From Acidimicrobiales bacterium (lineage in GTDB: Bacteria > Actinomycetota > Acidimicrobiia > Acidimicrobiales > Palsa-688), in contig JBMFUG010000001.1 in the NCBI GenBank assembly GCA_049966695.1, positions 23,184 to 87,183 of the forward strand: a DNA stretch of 64,000 nucleotides, in the 5' to 3' direction. The first letter of the stretch is position 1. Each line of letters opens with the position of its first letter. Below, in pieces: positions 18,929 to 27,363 of this stretch. The notes under the pieces were generated by a model. It did no database searches. It was not told the DNA's origin and saw only the letters and a list, made by a program, of their open reading frames with translations. Position numbers and translations under genes: made by a program.

Positions 18929-19395
18929 TCAAGTTGAGCGATCGCCGCTGGCCGGTTGCCCGAGCGCTAGCCGGTGCCGTCGTCGTAGCCCTGCTGGCAG
19001 TCGGGCTTGGAGGGTGCTACCACCCCAAGCCGCCCACTGGGCTGGCCGATTGCTACGAAGGCATCCCCCTGGCAGAAGCAGCCCTCAACTCCCCCGACCG
19101 CGACTACCGCCTAGAGGGGGTAAAGCTGGTCGACCCCCAGGTGCTCGAAAGGCTCGTCCGGCGTCGCTACCCCCACAGCGCCCATGGCCCGACCTCTGCC
19201 ACAGTCAAGCCCGGCACCAGTGTGTGCGCCTTTGCTTTTACTGGCACCTTCGCTGCTGGACAGGTGGCGGGTTCTCCGCCAGGCACTTCAGGCGGCGCTG
19301 CCATCGTGCTGGTCACGGTCGACAGGAAGCTGCTGTTCAGCTTCGTACTGGCGAAGCTGCCCACTCGCTTCAGCCGCCCTTTCGCCGGTGCCTGA
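18925..19395 (+). CDS. Putative lipoprotein
   Basis: Signal peptide with lipobox-like AVGLGGC. ATGA overlap with the upstream gene. Confidence 0.45.
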   Translation: MIKLSDRRWPVARALAGAVVVALLAVGLGGCYHPKPPTGLADCYEGIPLAEAALNSPDRDYRLEGVKLVDPQVLERLVRRRYPHSAHGPTSATVKPGTSVCAFAFTGTFAAGQVAGSPPGTSGGAAIVLVTVDRKLLFSFVLAKLPTRFSRPFAGA

Positions 19396-19499
19396 CGACG
19401 GCAAAGCCCGCACCAGGCCCCGAGAGGCTCGCTGGTCGGCCCGAGACCGGCGACGCGCCGTACCAGGACTGGCGCGGTGGGCTTAGGTAACCAGTCGCC

Positions 19500-20435
19500 T
19501 TAGGTGGTGAGGAGCTCCCGTGCGCCGCGGTCGGTAGAAGGATGGCGGAGCTTTGACATAGCACGCGCCTCGATCTGGCGGATACGTTCGCGCGTCAAGT
19601 TGAAGTGCTCCCCCACTTCGTCCAAGGTTCGCGGCTCTCCACGGTCAAGCCCGAAGCGGAGCCTCAGGATCTCGCGCTCTCTCTCGTCCAGGGCGACCAG
19701 CATCTTGCCCACCTCGCCTGACAGCAAAGAAGCGGCGGCGGCCTCAAAGGGGGACACGGCTGAGCGGTCCTCGACGACGTCACCGAGCTCGGCGTCACCG
19801 TCCTCGCGCAGTGGCTCTGACAACGACAACGGCTCTGCCGCGTGACGGAGGATCTCGATTACCTTTTCCTCTTCAAGTTCAAGGTCGTTGGCTAGCTCCG
19901 CCGATGTGGGCCGACGGCCCAGCTGGCCCTCGAGCCGCCCGCGTGCCTTGGTCACACGGGTGAGCAGGTCCCCAGCATGCACCGGGAGGCGCACAGTACG
20001 GCCGGTATTGGCAATGCCACGGGTGATGGCTTGGCGGATCCACCATGTCGCGTACGTCGAGAACTTGAAGCCCTTGCGCCAGTCAAACTTTTCGACTGCG
20101 TGCATAAGGCCCAAGTTGCCCTCTTGGACAAGGTCAAGCAGAGGGAGCTCAGCTGCCTGGTACTTCTTGGCTATGGAAACGACCAAACGAAGGTTGGCCT
20201 TGACGAAGGTCTCAGCTGCTTCGTCACCCTCCCTGATCGCCCGGCGCAGCTCCCGTTTGCGAGGAACGGGTAACTGCTTGCCACAGCTCATCTCTGCACG
20301 AGCTGCCCGACCGGCTTCAATAGCTTGCGCCAGCCGAGCTTCGTCGTCCTTGGTCAGCAAAGAGTGCTTACCTATGTCGTTCAGGTAGAGCCGGACCAAG
20401 TCCTCTTCTGGCTGAGCGGCGTGATTATTAGGCAC
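19500..20435 (-). CDS. Sigma-70 family sigma factor (primary-like, group 2 type, no region 1.1)
   Basis: Region 1.2 DLVRLYLNDIGK, region 2 GNLGLMHAVEKFDWRKGFKFSTYATWWIRQAITR, region 4 LTRERIRQIEARAMSKLR. GTG start. Confidence 0.85.
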   Translation of the reverse strand: MPNNHAAQPEEDLVRLYLNDIGKHSLLTKDDEARLAQAIEAGRAARAEMSCGKQLPVPRKRELRRAIREGDEAAETFVKANLRLVVSIAKKYQAAELPLLDLVQEGNLGLMHAVEKFDWRKGFKFSTYATWWIRQAITRGIANTGRTVRLPVHAGDLLTRVTKARGRLEGQLGRRPTSAELANDLELEEEKVIEILRHAAEPLSLSEPLREDGDAELGDVVEDRSAVSPFEAAAASLLSGEVGKMLVALDEREREILRLRFGLDRGEPRTLDEVGEHFNLTRERIRQIEARAMSKLRHPSTDRGARELLTT

Positions 20436-20567
20436 TTAGTCCATCGTCCTTCATTGATACGTCCCGCACGAGGCCCATTGCGGGCATCCCCAAAGAGCAG
20501 CTCTCTTTCCTGCAGGCACAATATCTGGGCGGGGTCCCTCCACCAACAAACAGTCCCTGACCTTAGG

Positions 20568-20858
20568 TCAATATGATACCGGGCCCAGGGCTTGTCGTGA
20601 AGGGCTCTTGGGCTCCTCGGCCTCTTTTGGCTTTTCAGTATGGTGCAGCTCGTCGAGGACCTCGAGCTCTGCCGCAGAGGTGGCGGCCTCTCGGTTGGCC
20701 GCGCTCAGGGCGACAAAGACTTCCTCGCGGTGCACCTGCACATGCTTGGGAGCAGTGATCCCCAAGCGAACCTGGTCTCCCCTCACTTCTAGCACGGTGA
20801 CAACCACATCGTGGCCGATCACAATGCTTTGATGGGCATGCCGCGTCAACACGAGCAC
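20568..20858 (-). CDS. csrA: Carbon storage regulator CsrA (flagellar type, with C-terminal extension)
   Basis: VLVLTRHAHQSIVIGHDVVVTVLEVRGDQVRLGITAPKHVQVHREEV. GTG start at 20858 is preceded by GGAAGGAG. The tracked ORF starts 34 codons further upstream. Confidence 0.85.
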   Translation of the reverse strand: MLVLTRHAHQSIVIGHDVVVTVLEVRGDQVRLGITAPKHVQVHREEVFVALSAANREAATSAAELEVLDELHHTEKPKEAEEPKSPSRQALGPVSY

Positions 20859-21014
20859 TGCTCGCTCCTTCCGTGGGCGATGCCGGGGAGCATAGTCGGC
20901 TCTGGAGCAGTTGTGGGCTTGCGCGCGCGCACGACAAGCGGCCCTGGACGGGTTGTGCACCGGTGGGCGGGTGTGGGCGCTGGGCCGGTCGTGGGCCGGA
21001 GAAACTTGTGGCTC

Positions 21015-21464
21015 TCAGGAGCGCGGGCGCAAGGGCACCTGAGGGCCGTAGTCCGTGCCAGAGAGCACTGCCTGGACAGCTTGGCCAGTGCGGGCGTTTA
21101 TCACGACGGGGCCAAGCAGGTTAGCGGTCGTGTCCTCGGGACGCGCCCGCAAAGTCAAGATCACCAAAAGGACCAGCTCGTCAGGGCCAGCGGCATCGAC
21201 AGCGCGGTACACGTCAGCGCCGAAGCTGGGCCGGTACCAGGGGAAGAACACGCCCGGCCCGACAGCCACAAAACGCAACCCGACCACCTCTTGGCAGTCG
21301 AGGATCCAAAAGGGGCTAGCCGGCTCTGGGCCCCAGCGCCGCAGGGAGAAGTGCCTCGCTGCCGGGAACCCGGGGATACCGCCGGCAAAGTAAAGGCCCG
21401 AAATGCCTACCGAGCCCGGGGCCGTGCCAGCGCGGGGCAACGAGGAGGTGCCAGCCAGGCTCAT
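21015..21464 (-). CDS. fliW: Flagellar assembly factor FliW
   Basis: Motifs FAGGIPGFPAARHFSL, PFWILDC and LLGPVVINARTGQAVQAVL. ATGA overlap with the flgL stop. Confidence 0.8.
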   Translation of the reverse strand: MSLAGTSSLPRAGTAPGSVGISGLYFAGGIPGFPAARHFSLRRWGPEPASPFWILDCQEVVGLRFVAVGPGVFFPWYRPSFGADVYRAVDAAGPDELVLLVILTLRARPEDTTANLLGPVVINARTGQAVQAVLSGTDYGPQVPLRPRS

Positions 21465-22387
21465 TGCAAGAAGTCCACCAGGGAGGGCTGGATGATCTTG
21501 GCCGTTGTCTCAAGTGCTGCTTGGTAGGAGGTCTCTGCCAGGTCCAGCTCGGTTGCCACCTGCGCCTCGTTGGCATCGGTTATGTTCGCCACCTGCGTCT
21601 GGAGCGATTGCACGGTGTTGGTGGCGTTGGTCGCGGCGTTGGCAAGGCCCGCGCCCAGTGCCCCAACGTCGCCCTGGGCTGTGGTGACTTTGGCGATCGC
21701 CGACTGTAGCTGGGTCAGGTCGGCCCCCGAGAGCTGCGACGTGTTGCCGCTGGCCAGATCCTGTGAGATGGTGTCCAGCAGGGCGAACACGCTGTTGCTG
21801 CCGCTCCCGAACACCTGGTCACCCGTCACGCTCACGTCTGTCGTCTCGCCCGGCGCGACCACCCGGGTGACGGGTTGGTCGTTCCCCGCATATTTATAAG
21901 CGATGTCGGGGCTGCTCGACACGCCGGCAGTGGCTTGGGGGTAGGGGGAAATGCCGTAGGTGCCCGAGAAAATGTACCGGTTGTTGTAGGTGGTGTTGGC
22001 CAGGCCTATGACCTGCTGCTTCGTGGCCAAGACCTGTTGGGACAGGGCTTGTAGGCTCGTTGAGTCCTGGGAGCTAGCGTTGGCGCCAGATAGCACGTCG
22101 GTCTGTACCTGGTCGAGCGCCTTGATCACAGAGCCGAGCGTGCTGTCGGCGGTGTTAAGCCAAGACTGGCCGTCCGATATGTTGGCCGAGTACTGCTGGA
22201 AGCGCCCGATCTGGGCGTTCAGCGACAGCACTTCGGCTGTGCCGACGGGGTTGTCAGACGGCTGGTTCAAGGACTTGCCTGAGGCCGCCTCCTGCTGGAG
22301 CTCGGTCAGGTTGGAAAGCGACGACTCCAAGTCGGCCACCATCAGCATCGAGGCACTTTGCTGGGTGACACGTGTGATGTCTGACAT
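21461..22387 (-). CDS. flgL: Flagellar hook-associated protein 3 FlgL
   Basis: Flagellin-like N and C termini. Positioned after flgK. Confidence 0.8.
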   Translation of the reverse strand: MSDITRVTQQSASMLMVADLESSLSNLTELQQEAASGKSLNQPSDNPVGTAEVLSLNAQIGRFQQYSANISDGQSWLNTADSTLGSVIKALDQVQTDVLSGANASSQDSTSLQALSQQVLATKQQVIGLANTTYNNRYIFSGTYGISPYPQATAGVSSSPDIAYKYAGNDQPVTRVVAPGETTDVSVTGDQVFGSGSNSVFALLDTISQDLASGNTSQLSGADLTQLQSAIAKVTTAQGDVGALGAGLANAATNATNTVQSLQTQVANITDANEAQVATELDLAETSYQAALETTAKIIQPSLVDFLQ

Positions 22388-22393
22388 TGGCCC

Positions 22394-23881
22394 CTACCCG
22401 TTGACCATGGAGATGAGGGACTGCAACGTAGCGTCCACAGTGCTGATGAACTTGGCAGAAGCGTCGTAGGCGTTTTGGTACATGACCATGTTCGTCAGCT
22501 CCTCGTCGGTGTTCACCCCTGTCGCCGACTGCAACGCAGAGTTGACGTTGGTAGTCACAGCCTGCTGGGCCGTTAGCTCGTTGTTCACAGCCGACGTGGC
22601 CTGCCCTATACCGCTGACCAACTGGTTATAGGCAGCGTCCGCTTCAGGGCCGGTCGCGGTGCTGGTCCCAGTGCCCCACGCCGAGGCCGAACCACCGGCG
22701 GCCCAACCCCCGGAGGGCTCTAGCAGGGTCACCTGGGAGCTGTTCGGGAGCTCGCCGATCTCGGCGGCAAGAGAACCGTCTTCGTTAGTGGCGCTCGAGC
22801 CAGTTACGACCGGGGAAGAGGCGGCTGCGATCAAGCTTGGGTCTGAAGCGACAGCAGGGTTCACCTCGATGTCGCTTGCCCCCGTGCCCAGGAAGAAAGG
22901 GGCGCCCGGGCTGTTGTTAAGGTCGTAACCGGTAGTCGTAAGCTCGTTCACCGACCCCATGAGGCTCTGGGCCACCTGGTCCAAGCCTTGCTGGTACTGG
23001 GGGACGTACTGGTTGACCGTCGTCAGCATCCCGGCCAGCTCTCCGCTCGTTGGCTGGAAGGCGCTCTGGTCGTTGCTCCATACCAACGAGTACGGCGGCC
23101 CCGAGCTCGATAGGGACAATTGCTGGTAGTTGGTGCCCGAGACCAGCGCCTCGCTGCCTGAGTAGATGTTGACCGTGCCGTCGGAGTTATAAGTGACCCG
23201 CAGGCCGAGCTGGCTGGACAGTTGAGATACCAACTGGTCTCGCTGGTCCTCGAGCTCGTCCACGGCCGAGCTGCCGGCTGTGCCTTGGCCAGCCGTGCCC
23301 TGTGCAATTGACTGGTCAAGAGACGCTATCTGGCTGGCAGTCGTGTTCACTTGCTGCAGGGTGCCCTGGATGTCCTGTACCGTCTGGTTGCTAAGGGTGG
23401 CCAGGCTTGTGGAAGCCTGGTTGAGCGAAGAGGTGAGCGTGCTCGCGTCCTGCACCAGGAGCGAGCGCGTGGAGGCGTCAGACGGGTTGCTGGCCAGAGT
23501 CGACCAGTCCTGCCAGAACTGCGTCAGCTGGCTAGATATACCGTTGCTCGACGGCTCCAGGAACACCTCCTGGACCGCCTGAAGGCCGCTTTGTTGAGCG
23601 CTTAGCAAGCCCTGCTCACCCTGCTCGGTATAACTGCGCGCTTGCAGGTAGGTGTTGTCCAAGCGCGTTATGCCCAAGACCTGGACACCGTCGCCTGGCA
23701 GCTTGGAGACGCTCTCGTCAAAACCAGGGTGCTGCACCGAGCTGACAGCCCCGAGCTGGACTTGCTCGTCCACATAACCGGGGGTGTCAGCGTTCGCAAC
23801 GTTCTGGCCGACGGTGTCAAGGCCCACCTGGTTGGCCTCGAGGCCAGAAAGGCCCACGCTCAGGTCAGAGAAATCGCTCAA
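22394..23881 (-). CDS. flgK: Flagellar hook-associated protein 1 FlgK
   Basis: N-terminal GLSGLEANQVGLDTVGQNVANADTPGY. C-terminal MVMYQNAYDASAKFISTVDATLQSLISM. TTG start with SD GAGGTGAGGTGA. Confidence 0.85.
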   Translation of the reverse strand: MSDFSDLSVGLSGLEANQVGLDTVGQNVANADTPGYVDEQVQLGAVSSVQHPGFDESVSKLPGDGVQVLGITRLDNTYLQARSYTEQGEQGLLSAQQSGLQAVQEVFLEPSSNGISSQLTQFWQDWSTLASNPSDASTRSLLVQDASTLTSSLNQASTSLATLSNQTVQDIQGTLQQVNTTASQIASLDQSIAQGTAGQGTAGSSAVDELEDQRDQLVSQLSSQLGLRVTYNSDGTVNIYSGSEALVSGTNYQQLSLSSSGPPYSLVWSNDQSAFQPTSGELAGMLTTVNQYVPQYQQGLDQVAQSLMGSVNELTTTGYDLNNSPGAPFFLGTGASDIEVNPAVASDPSLIAAASSPVVTGSSATNEDGSLAAEIGELPNSSQVTLLEPSGGWAAGGSASAWGTGTSTATGPEADAAYNQLVSGIGQATSAVNNELTAQQAVTTNVNSALQSATGVNTDEELTNMVMYQNAYDASAKFISTVDATLQSLISMVNG

Positions 23882-23892
23882 TCACCTCACCT

Positions 23893-24001
23893 CTGTCCTG
23901 GACCAGGCTGTTCGTGGCCCTCGTGATGGTCGTGATGGTCGTGGCGACCGTCCTAGTGGCCCTCGTGATGACTGTCCTGGACCACCAAAAGGCTGTTCGT
24001 G
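23893..24001. repeat. Permuted short repeats in the flgN-flgK spacer
   Basis: ctgtcctggacca at 23893 and 23972. ggctgttcgtg at 23906 and 23991. gccctcgtgatg at 23917 and 23959, plus gtcgtgatg iterations. Confidence 0.8.
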
Positions 24002-24018
24002 CATTTCCAATTGCCTCG

Positions 24019-24537
24019 TTAAATTGCCTCATTGACCAGCAGGTGGCCGGCAGGGGACTGTGAGGGTGCTCCGGCTGAGGTGTAGGCCTCAGCGGGCGGG
24101 GCCCCGTTGCCGGTCAGCCAGGACAGCGCCTCCCTGGCAGCGTCGCGCCCCTTGGCCAGCAGATGACGGTTGCGCTCCGACAGCTCTCGGACCTCCTGGG
24201 TCAGTTCCAAGAAAGCTTGCCTGTGCTTGGCGAAGATGCTTGCCCAAGGCTCAGGGCTTGCCTCGCCCAGGCTCCGCAGCCCTGGGTAGCTCGGCAGCGC
24301 CAGCTCCGTCGCAGCCGTCTCGACCTTGACCGCCCTCAGCAGCTCGGCTGAGCGCAGCTGGTCCAGCACTATCTCCACTTCGCGCGAGGCGTTGTTCACC
24401 CAACGGACCTTGCCGGCGGTCAGAAGCAGCTGCTCCTCTTCGAGCTTGAACACCAGTAGCTCAAGAAGCTGCCGTTCACGCCAAAGCACGGTCGAGACGT
24501 CGTTCAAGGCCTGTTCGGTTTGTGCGCCAAGGGCCAC
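24019..24537 (-). CDS. flgN: FlgN-like flagellar export chaperone
   Basis: LLELLVFKLEEEQLLLTAGK-type helical protein immediately upstream of flgK-flgL, as in Bacillus. GTG start. Confidence 0.6.
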   Translation of the reverse strand: MALGAQTEQALNDVSTVLWRERQLLELLVFKLEEEQLLLTAGKVRWVNNASREVEIVLDQLRSAELLRAVKVETAATELALPSYPGLRSLGEASPEPWASIFAKHRQAFLELTQEVRELSERNRHLLAKGRDAAREALSWLTGNGAPPAEAYTSAGAPSQSPAGHLLVNEAI

Positions 24538-24543
24538 GCCACC

Positions 24544-24571
24544 TCATCGGTACGCGTGGCCTGCACCTGAG
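24544..24571 (-). promoter_or_regulatory. Candidate FliA/WhiG (sigma28-type) promoter of flgN-flgK-flgL-fliW-csrA
   Basis: Minus strand reads CTCAGG-N14-ACCGATGA. The -10 box ends 6 nt before the flgN GTG. Confidence 0.5.
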
Positions 24572-24646
24572 CCAGTCGGAAGACTGGCCCCAAGACAGCG
24601 CGCGAAGCGTGGTAGGCGCGCGCCGAACGTGCCAGGCCGGAGCGGC

Positions 24647-25441
24647 TCAGTGCAAAATGCCCAGCTCCAGGGCCTTGGCCAGCGCCTCGTAACGCCCTGC
24701 GGCCCCGAGCTTGGCGTATATGTGCTCCAGGTGGGTCTTGACAGTCGCCGGGGCTACGTAGAGCGTTTCAGCGATCTTGTTGTTCGAAGCACCTCTTGCT
24801 AGCTGAGCTAGTACCAGCCGTTCTCTGGAAGTGAGCAACGCTTCGACCCCTGGCTCATCTTGGGCCGTGCTCGCGAGCGCGCCAGTGCCGTCGTCAGGCG
24901 TACCCGTAAAGCCGACCAGCAGGGGTACCAGTGCCGGGTCGACCGACCTGTCGCCACGCGCAACTGCCTCGACCATGGCGACAAGTTCCTCGGTCGCCAG
25001 CGAGCGCAACGCCAGGCCGGCCACGCCAACATTGAGCATCTCCAACAGCTCAGCGCGCTTGGCTCGCGCCACTAGGGCCACGACAGCGCGACCGGGGAGC
25101 GAGGACACCGCTTCGGCAGCTTCCTTGACGCCAGCGTCACCAAGCACGAGCACCTGCGCTTGTTTTTGGCGTGCAAGCTCAACGCCCTCTGGCACTCCGG
25201 CCGCTTCTCCGAGGACTTGGCAACGCCCACGGTTGAGCACCGTCCTGACCCCAGCTCGGAAGAGAGGTACTTGGTCAACGACAACCGCGCTGGTGCTGCC
25301 CCGTCCCAAGCGGGCCACAGCGGGCCCCACTGAAGTTGTCCCGCTTGCCCGAGCAACTACCCGCGAGGTCCCGCCTACAGCATCTCCGCCGTTTGCGGCT
25401 TTTTCCGCTTCGGTCGCCCCTTTCAAAGACGTCCCAGACAT
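24647..25441 (-). CDS. NarL/LuxR-family response regulator with atypical receiver domain
   Basis: C-terminal HTH LTSRERLVLAQLARGASNNKIAETLYVAPATVKTHLEHIYAKLG. The receiver-like region VVVDQVPLFRAG...QVLVLGDAGV has non-canonical acidic pocket positions. Confidence 0.75.
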   Translation of the reverse strand: MSGTSLKGATEAEKAANGGDAVGGTSRVVARASGTTSVGPAVARLGRGSTSAVVVDQVPLFRAGVRTVLNRGRCQVLGEAAGVPEGVELARQKQAQVLVLGDAGVKEAAEAVSSLPGRAVVALVARAKRAELLEMLNVGVAGLALRSLATEELVAMVEAVARGDRSVDPALVPLLVGFTGTPDDGTGALASTAQDEPGVEALLTSRERLVLAQLARGASNNKIAETLYVAPATVKTHLEHIYAKLGAAGRYEALAKALELGILH

Positions 25442-25487
25442 TGCGCTCCTTTTTCCGGTGACGTGCGCACAGGGTGCTCCGCCTCTA

Positions 25488-25493
25488 ATTGTA
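25488..25493 (-). promoter_or_regulatory. Possible housekeeping-type -10 box (TACAAT) for the LuxR-type regulator
   Basis: Minus strand reads aggcTACAATtag, 47 nt upstream of the ATG. No good -35 box. Confidence 0.3.
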
Positions 25494-25597
25494 GCCTAGC
25501 CGGCACCCTCTGTGGCGACAATCTGTGGGCATTTCCCCATGTCGTGCACGCTCCGTAGCGGAAAGGCTGTCACTAACTAGTTATATAGAGCCAGGCC

Positions 25598-25603
25598 TAC
25601 AAT
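25598..25603 (+). promoter_or_regulatory. Possible housekeeping-type -10 box (TACAAT) for fliA
   Basis: ggccTACAATagc lies in the most AT-rich patch of the divergent spacer, 80 nt upstream of the fliA ATG. Confidence 0.3.
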
Positions 25604-25683
25604 AGCTCGAAGGGGCCAGCGATCGAGAACAGGTTCATCCCTTCGACCGATCTAGTAACCCCCGGCACCGTGCCGAGGCAACA

Positions 25684-26643
25684 ATGGTGCCCTACTCAAG
25701 CGCTGACAGTGGTGATACCACCACTTATCATGTTGCTGGGTCCTGGCGCCATGTGCTCGATCGCGCCGATAGTGGTGCAAAGGCCCAAGCCGCACGAGAG
25801 GACGAGCTGGTACGTTCCCACTTGCCCCTAGTGCATTACATCGTATCTGAGATGGCTAGCCGTATCCCCCGCTATGTATCTCGGGACGACCTGGAATCGG
25901 CTGGCCTGGCGGGGCTCGCACAGGCAGCACGTACGTACGACCCAGACAGAGGTATCTCTTTCCAACGCTACGCTTCGGCCCGTATCAGGGGAGCACTGCT
26001 GGACGAGCTGCGTTCGCGCGACTGGGCCAGCCGCTCAGTCCGGGCCAAGGCGCGCAACGTCGCCGCTGCCACCGAGCAGCTCACCGCCAAGCTTGGCCAC
26101 CAGCCCTCGAAGTCGGAAGTGGCCGCGGCAACAGGCATGAGCCGCAACGACTTAGACGCGTTGGACGACGACGTGCACCGAGCGCTGGTCCTCAACTTCG
26201 AGGCTCTTAACCTCGACGGCAACGCCGAAGAAGTCCTGCTCGTCGGGCCGGGAACGAGCCCAGACGACATAGTGCTGGACAACGAAAGGCGCGCCTATTT
26301 GGTGGCCGCCGTTGCGAACTTGCCTGAGAGGCTAAGGCGGGTGGTGGTCGGGTACTTCTTCGAGGAACTGCCCATGCAAGTGCTAGCCGAGGAACTAGGG
26401 GTCACCGACTCGCGCATCTCCCAGATGCGCGCCGAGGCCCTGGTCCTACTGAAAGACGCCATGAACGCTCAGCTCGACCCCGACCTGTTGCCGAAACAAG
26501 AGCCTTCCTCGCGCCTGACCAAGCGCCGCTGCGCCTACTACGCCGCCGTTGCCGCCCACGACGACTACCGCCGACGTCTCGAGCCAGAAGCAGGCCGCCT
26601 GGCAACCCTGTCGAGCAGGCACGACTTGGCCGCACTGGCGTAG
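25684..26643 (+). CDS. fliA: Flagellar/WhiG-type alternative sigma factor (sigma28 family)
   Basis: Region 2 DDLESAGLAGLAQAARTYDPDRGISFQRYASARIRGALLDELRSRDW. Region 4 LAEELGVTDSRISQMRAEAL. About 55 aa of C-terminal extension. Confidence 0.85.
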   Translation: MVPYSSADSGDTTTYHVAGSWRHVLDRADSGAKAQAAREDELVRSHLPLVHYIVSEMASRIPRYVSRDDLESAGLAGLAQAARTYDPDRGISFQRYASARIRGALLDELRSRDWASRSVRAKARNVAAATEQLTAKLGHQPSKSEVAAATGMSRNDLDALDDDVHRALVLNFEALNLDGNAEEVLLVGPGTSPDDIVLDNERRAYLVAAVANLPERLRRVVVGYFFEELPMQVLAEELGVTDSRISQMRAEALVLLKDAMNAQLDPDLLPKQEPSSRLTKRRCAYYAAVAAHDDYRRRLEPEAGRLATLSSRHDLAALA

Positions 26644-27328
26644 GAGTGCCAACCCGGGCCGAAGGGTGGTGAGCAACAAAGGAGGGTGGCGGGCGGCGAG
26701 AGCGACGGAAGGTCCGGGCGAAGACGCTGCCTTCACGGGTCATCTCAAAAATGGACATGGCTCCAGCCTCCTCGTGGCGACATTCGGACTGCGCCTACAC
26801 CACCTCCCACGGCGGTGCCAGCCTGAACTCGGCCCCGAACATCTCGAACAGCTCGACTTCGTCTATTTGCCCCCCTATCGGTTGCTCTCAGTCGGAGCCG
26901 AAGCTATGGACGCCGGACGGCGCTCGGAAGAAAATTGCGCTCTGGCTTAACCCCAGCCGCATCGATAGCCAATCCACCTGGGTAACAGTGAGCATAAGAG
27001 CGGAAGAAATGTGTGGCTATGCGGCACGTACGAGCCTTGACCCACGCCCCTAATAGAGCCCGTGCTCAGACGGCTGTCGAGGTTCGAGTTCGCGCAGGAA
27101 AAACGCAAGCACCTGGAACCTGTCGACGAGCCCCAGCCGGCGTCTTGAAAAAGTGGGATCAGCCGCCCGTGCCGGCAGGCCCCAAACGGGCGACCGACTA
27201 CGAGAGCTACCTTGTCGTACCGGCACGGCCTTCACAAATGGAGACTTGACTTTCTGACATCGCAATTATGCGGTCCCAAGTGCCGTGCCGTCGTAGTACT
27301 GGGGTTGTAACCACCACGGGCACCGATG

Positions 27329-27356
27329 CTCATGTCCAGCCAACGGACGCCGATCA
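27329..27356 (+). promoter_or_regulatory. Candidate sigma28-type promoter of the glycosyltransferase genes
   Basis: CTCATG-N14-GCCGATCA, then 7 nt, then the in-frame ATG at 27364. Confidence 0.5.
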
Positions 27357-27363
27357 AAAGTAC

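Noticed and set aside
20558-20570. The palindrome TGACC-TTA-GGTCA over the csrA stop codon, with an overlapping TTGACC, considered as a terminator or as the promoter of the downstream sigma gene.
   Set aside because: The stem is only 5 bp. No acceptable -10 box lies 16-18 nt downstream of TTGACC. This is too weak to call.
20814-20821. Other perfect or near-perfect GCCGAT(C/A)(A/T) octamers: 20814, 28546, 37086, 52325 and 54485, plus about 25 weaker ones.
   Set aside because: None has CTCA 16-17 nt upstream. Most lie inside coding sequence or antisense to genes. They served as the informal background for the seven-site motif.
26402-26758. A minus-strand 118-codon ORF with a strong GAGGAGG SD at 26758.
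   Set aside because: It runs antisense through the fliA 3' end. It is extremely Arg/Pro/Ser-rich and has no recognisable domain. A short peptide cannot be excluded, but there is no support for one.
27081-27090. A tRNA T-loop-like string ggttcgagtt in the non-coding gap, considered as a possible tRNA or att remnant.
   Set aside because: The flanking bases cannot form a T-stem or a cloverleaf (cgagg and tcgcg are not complementary). There is no acceptor or anticodon arm.
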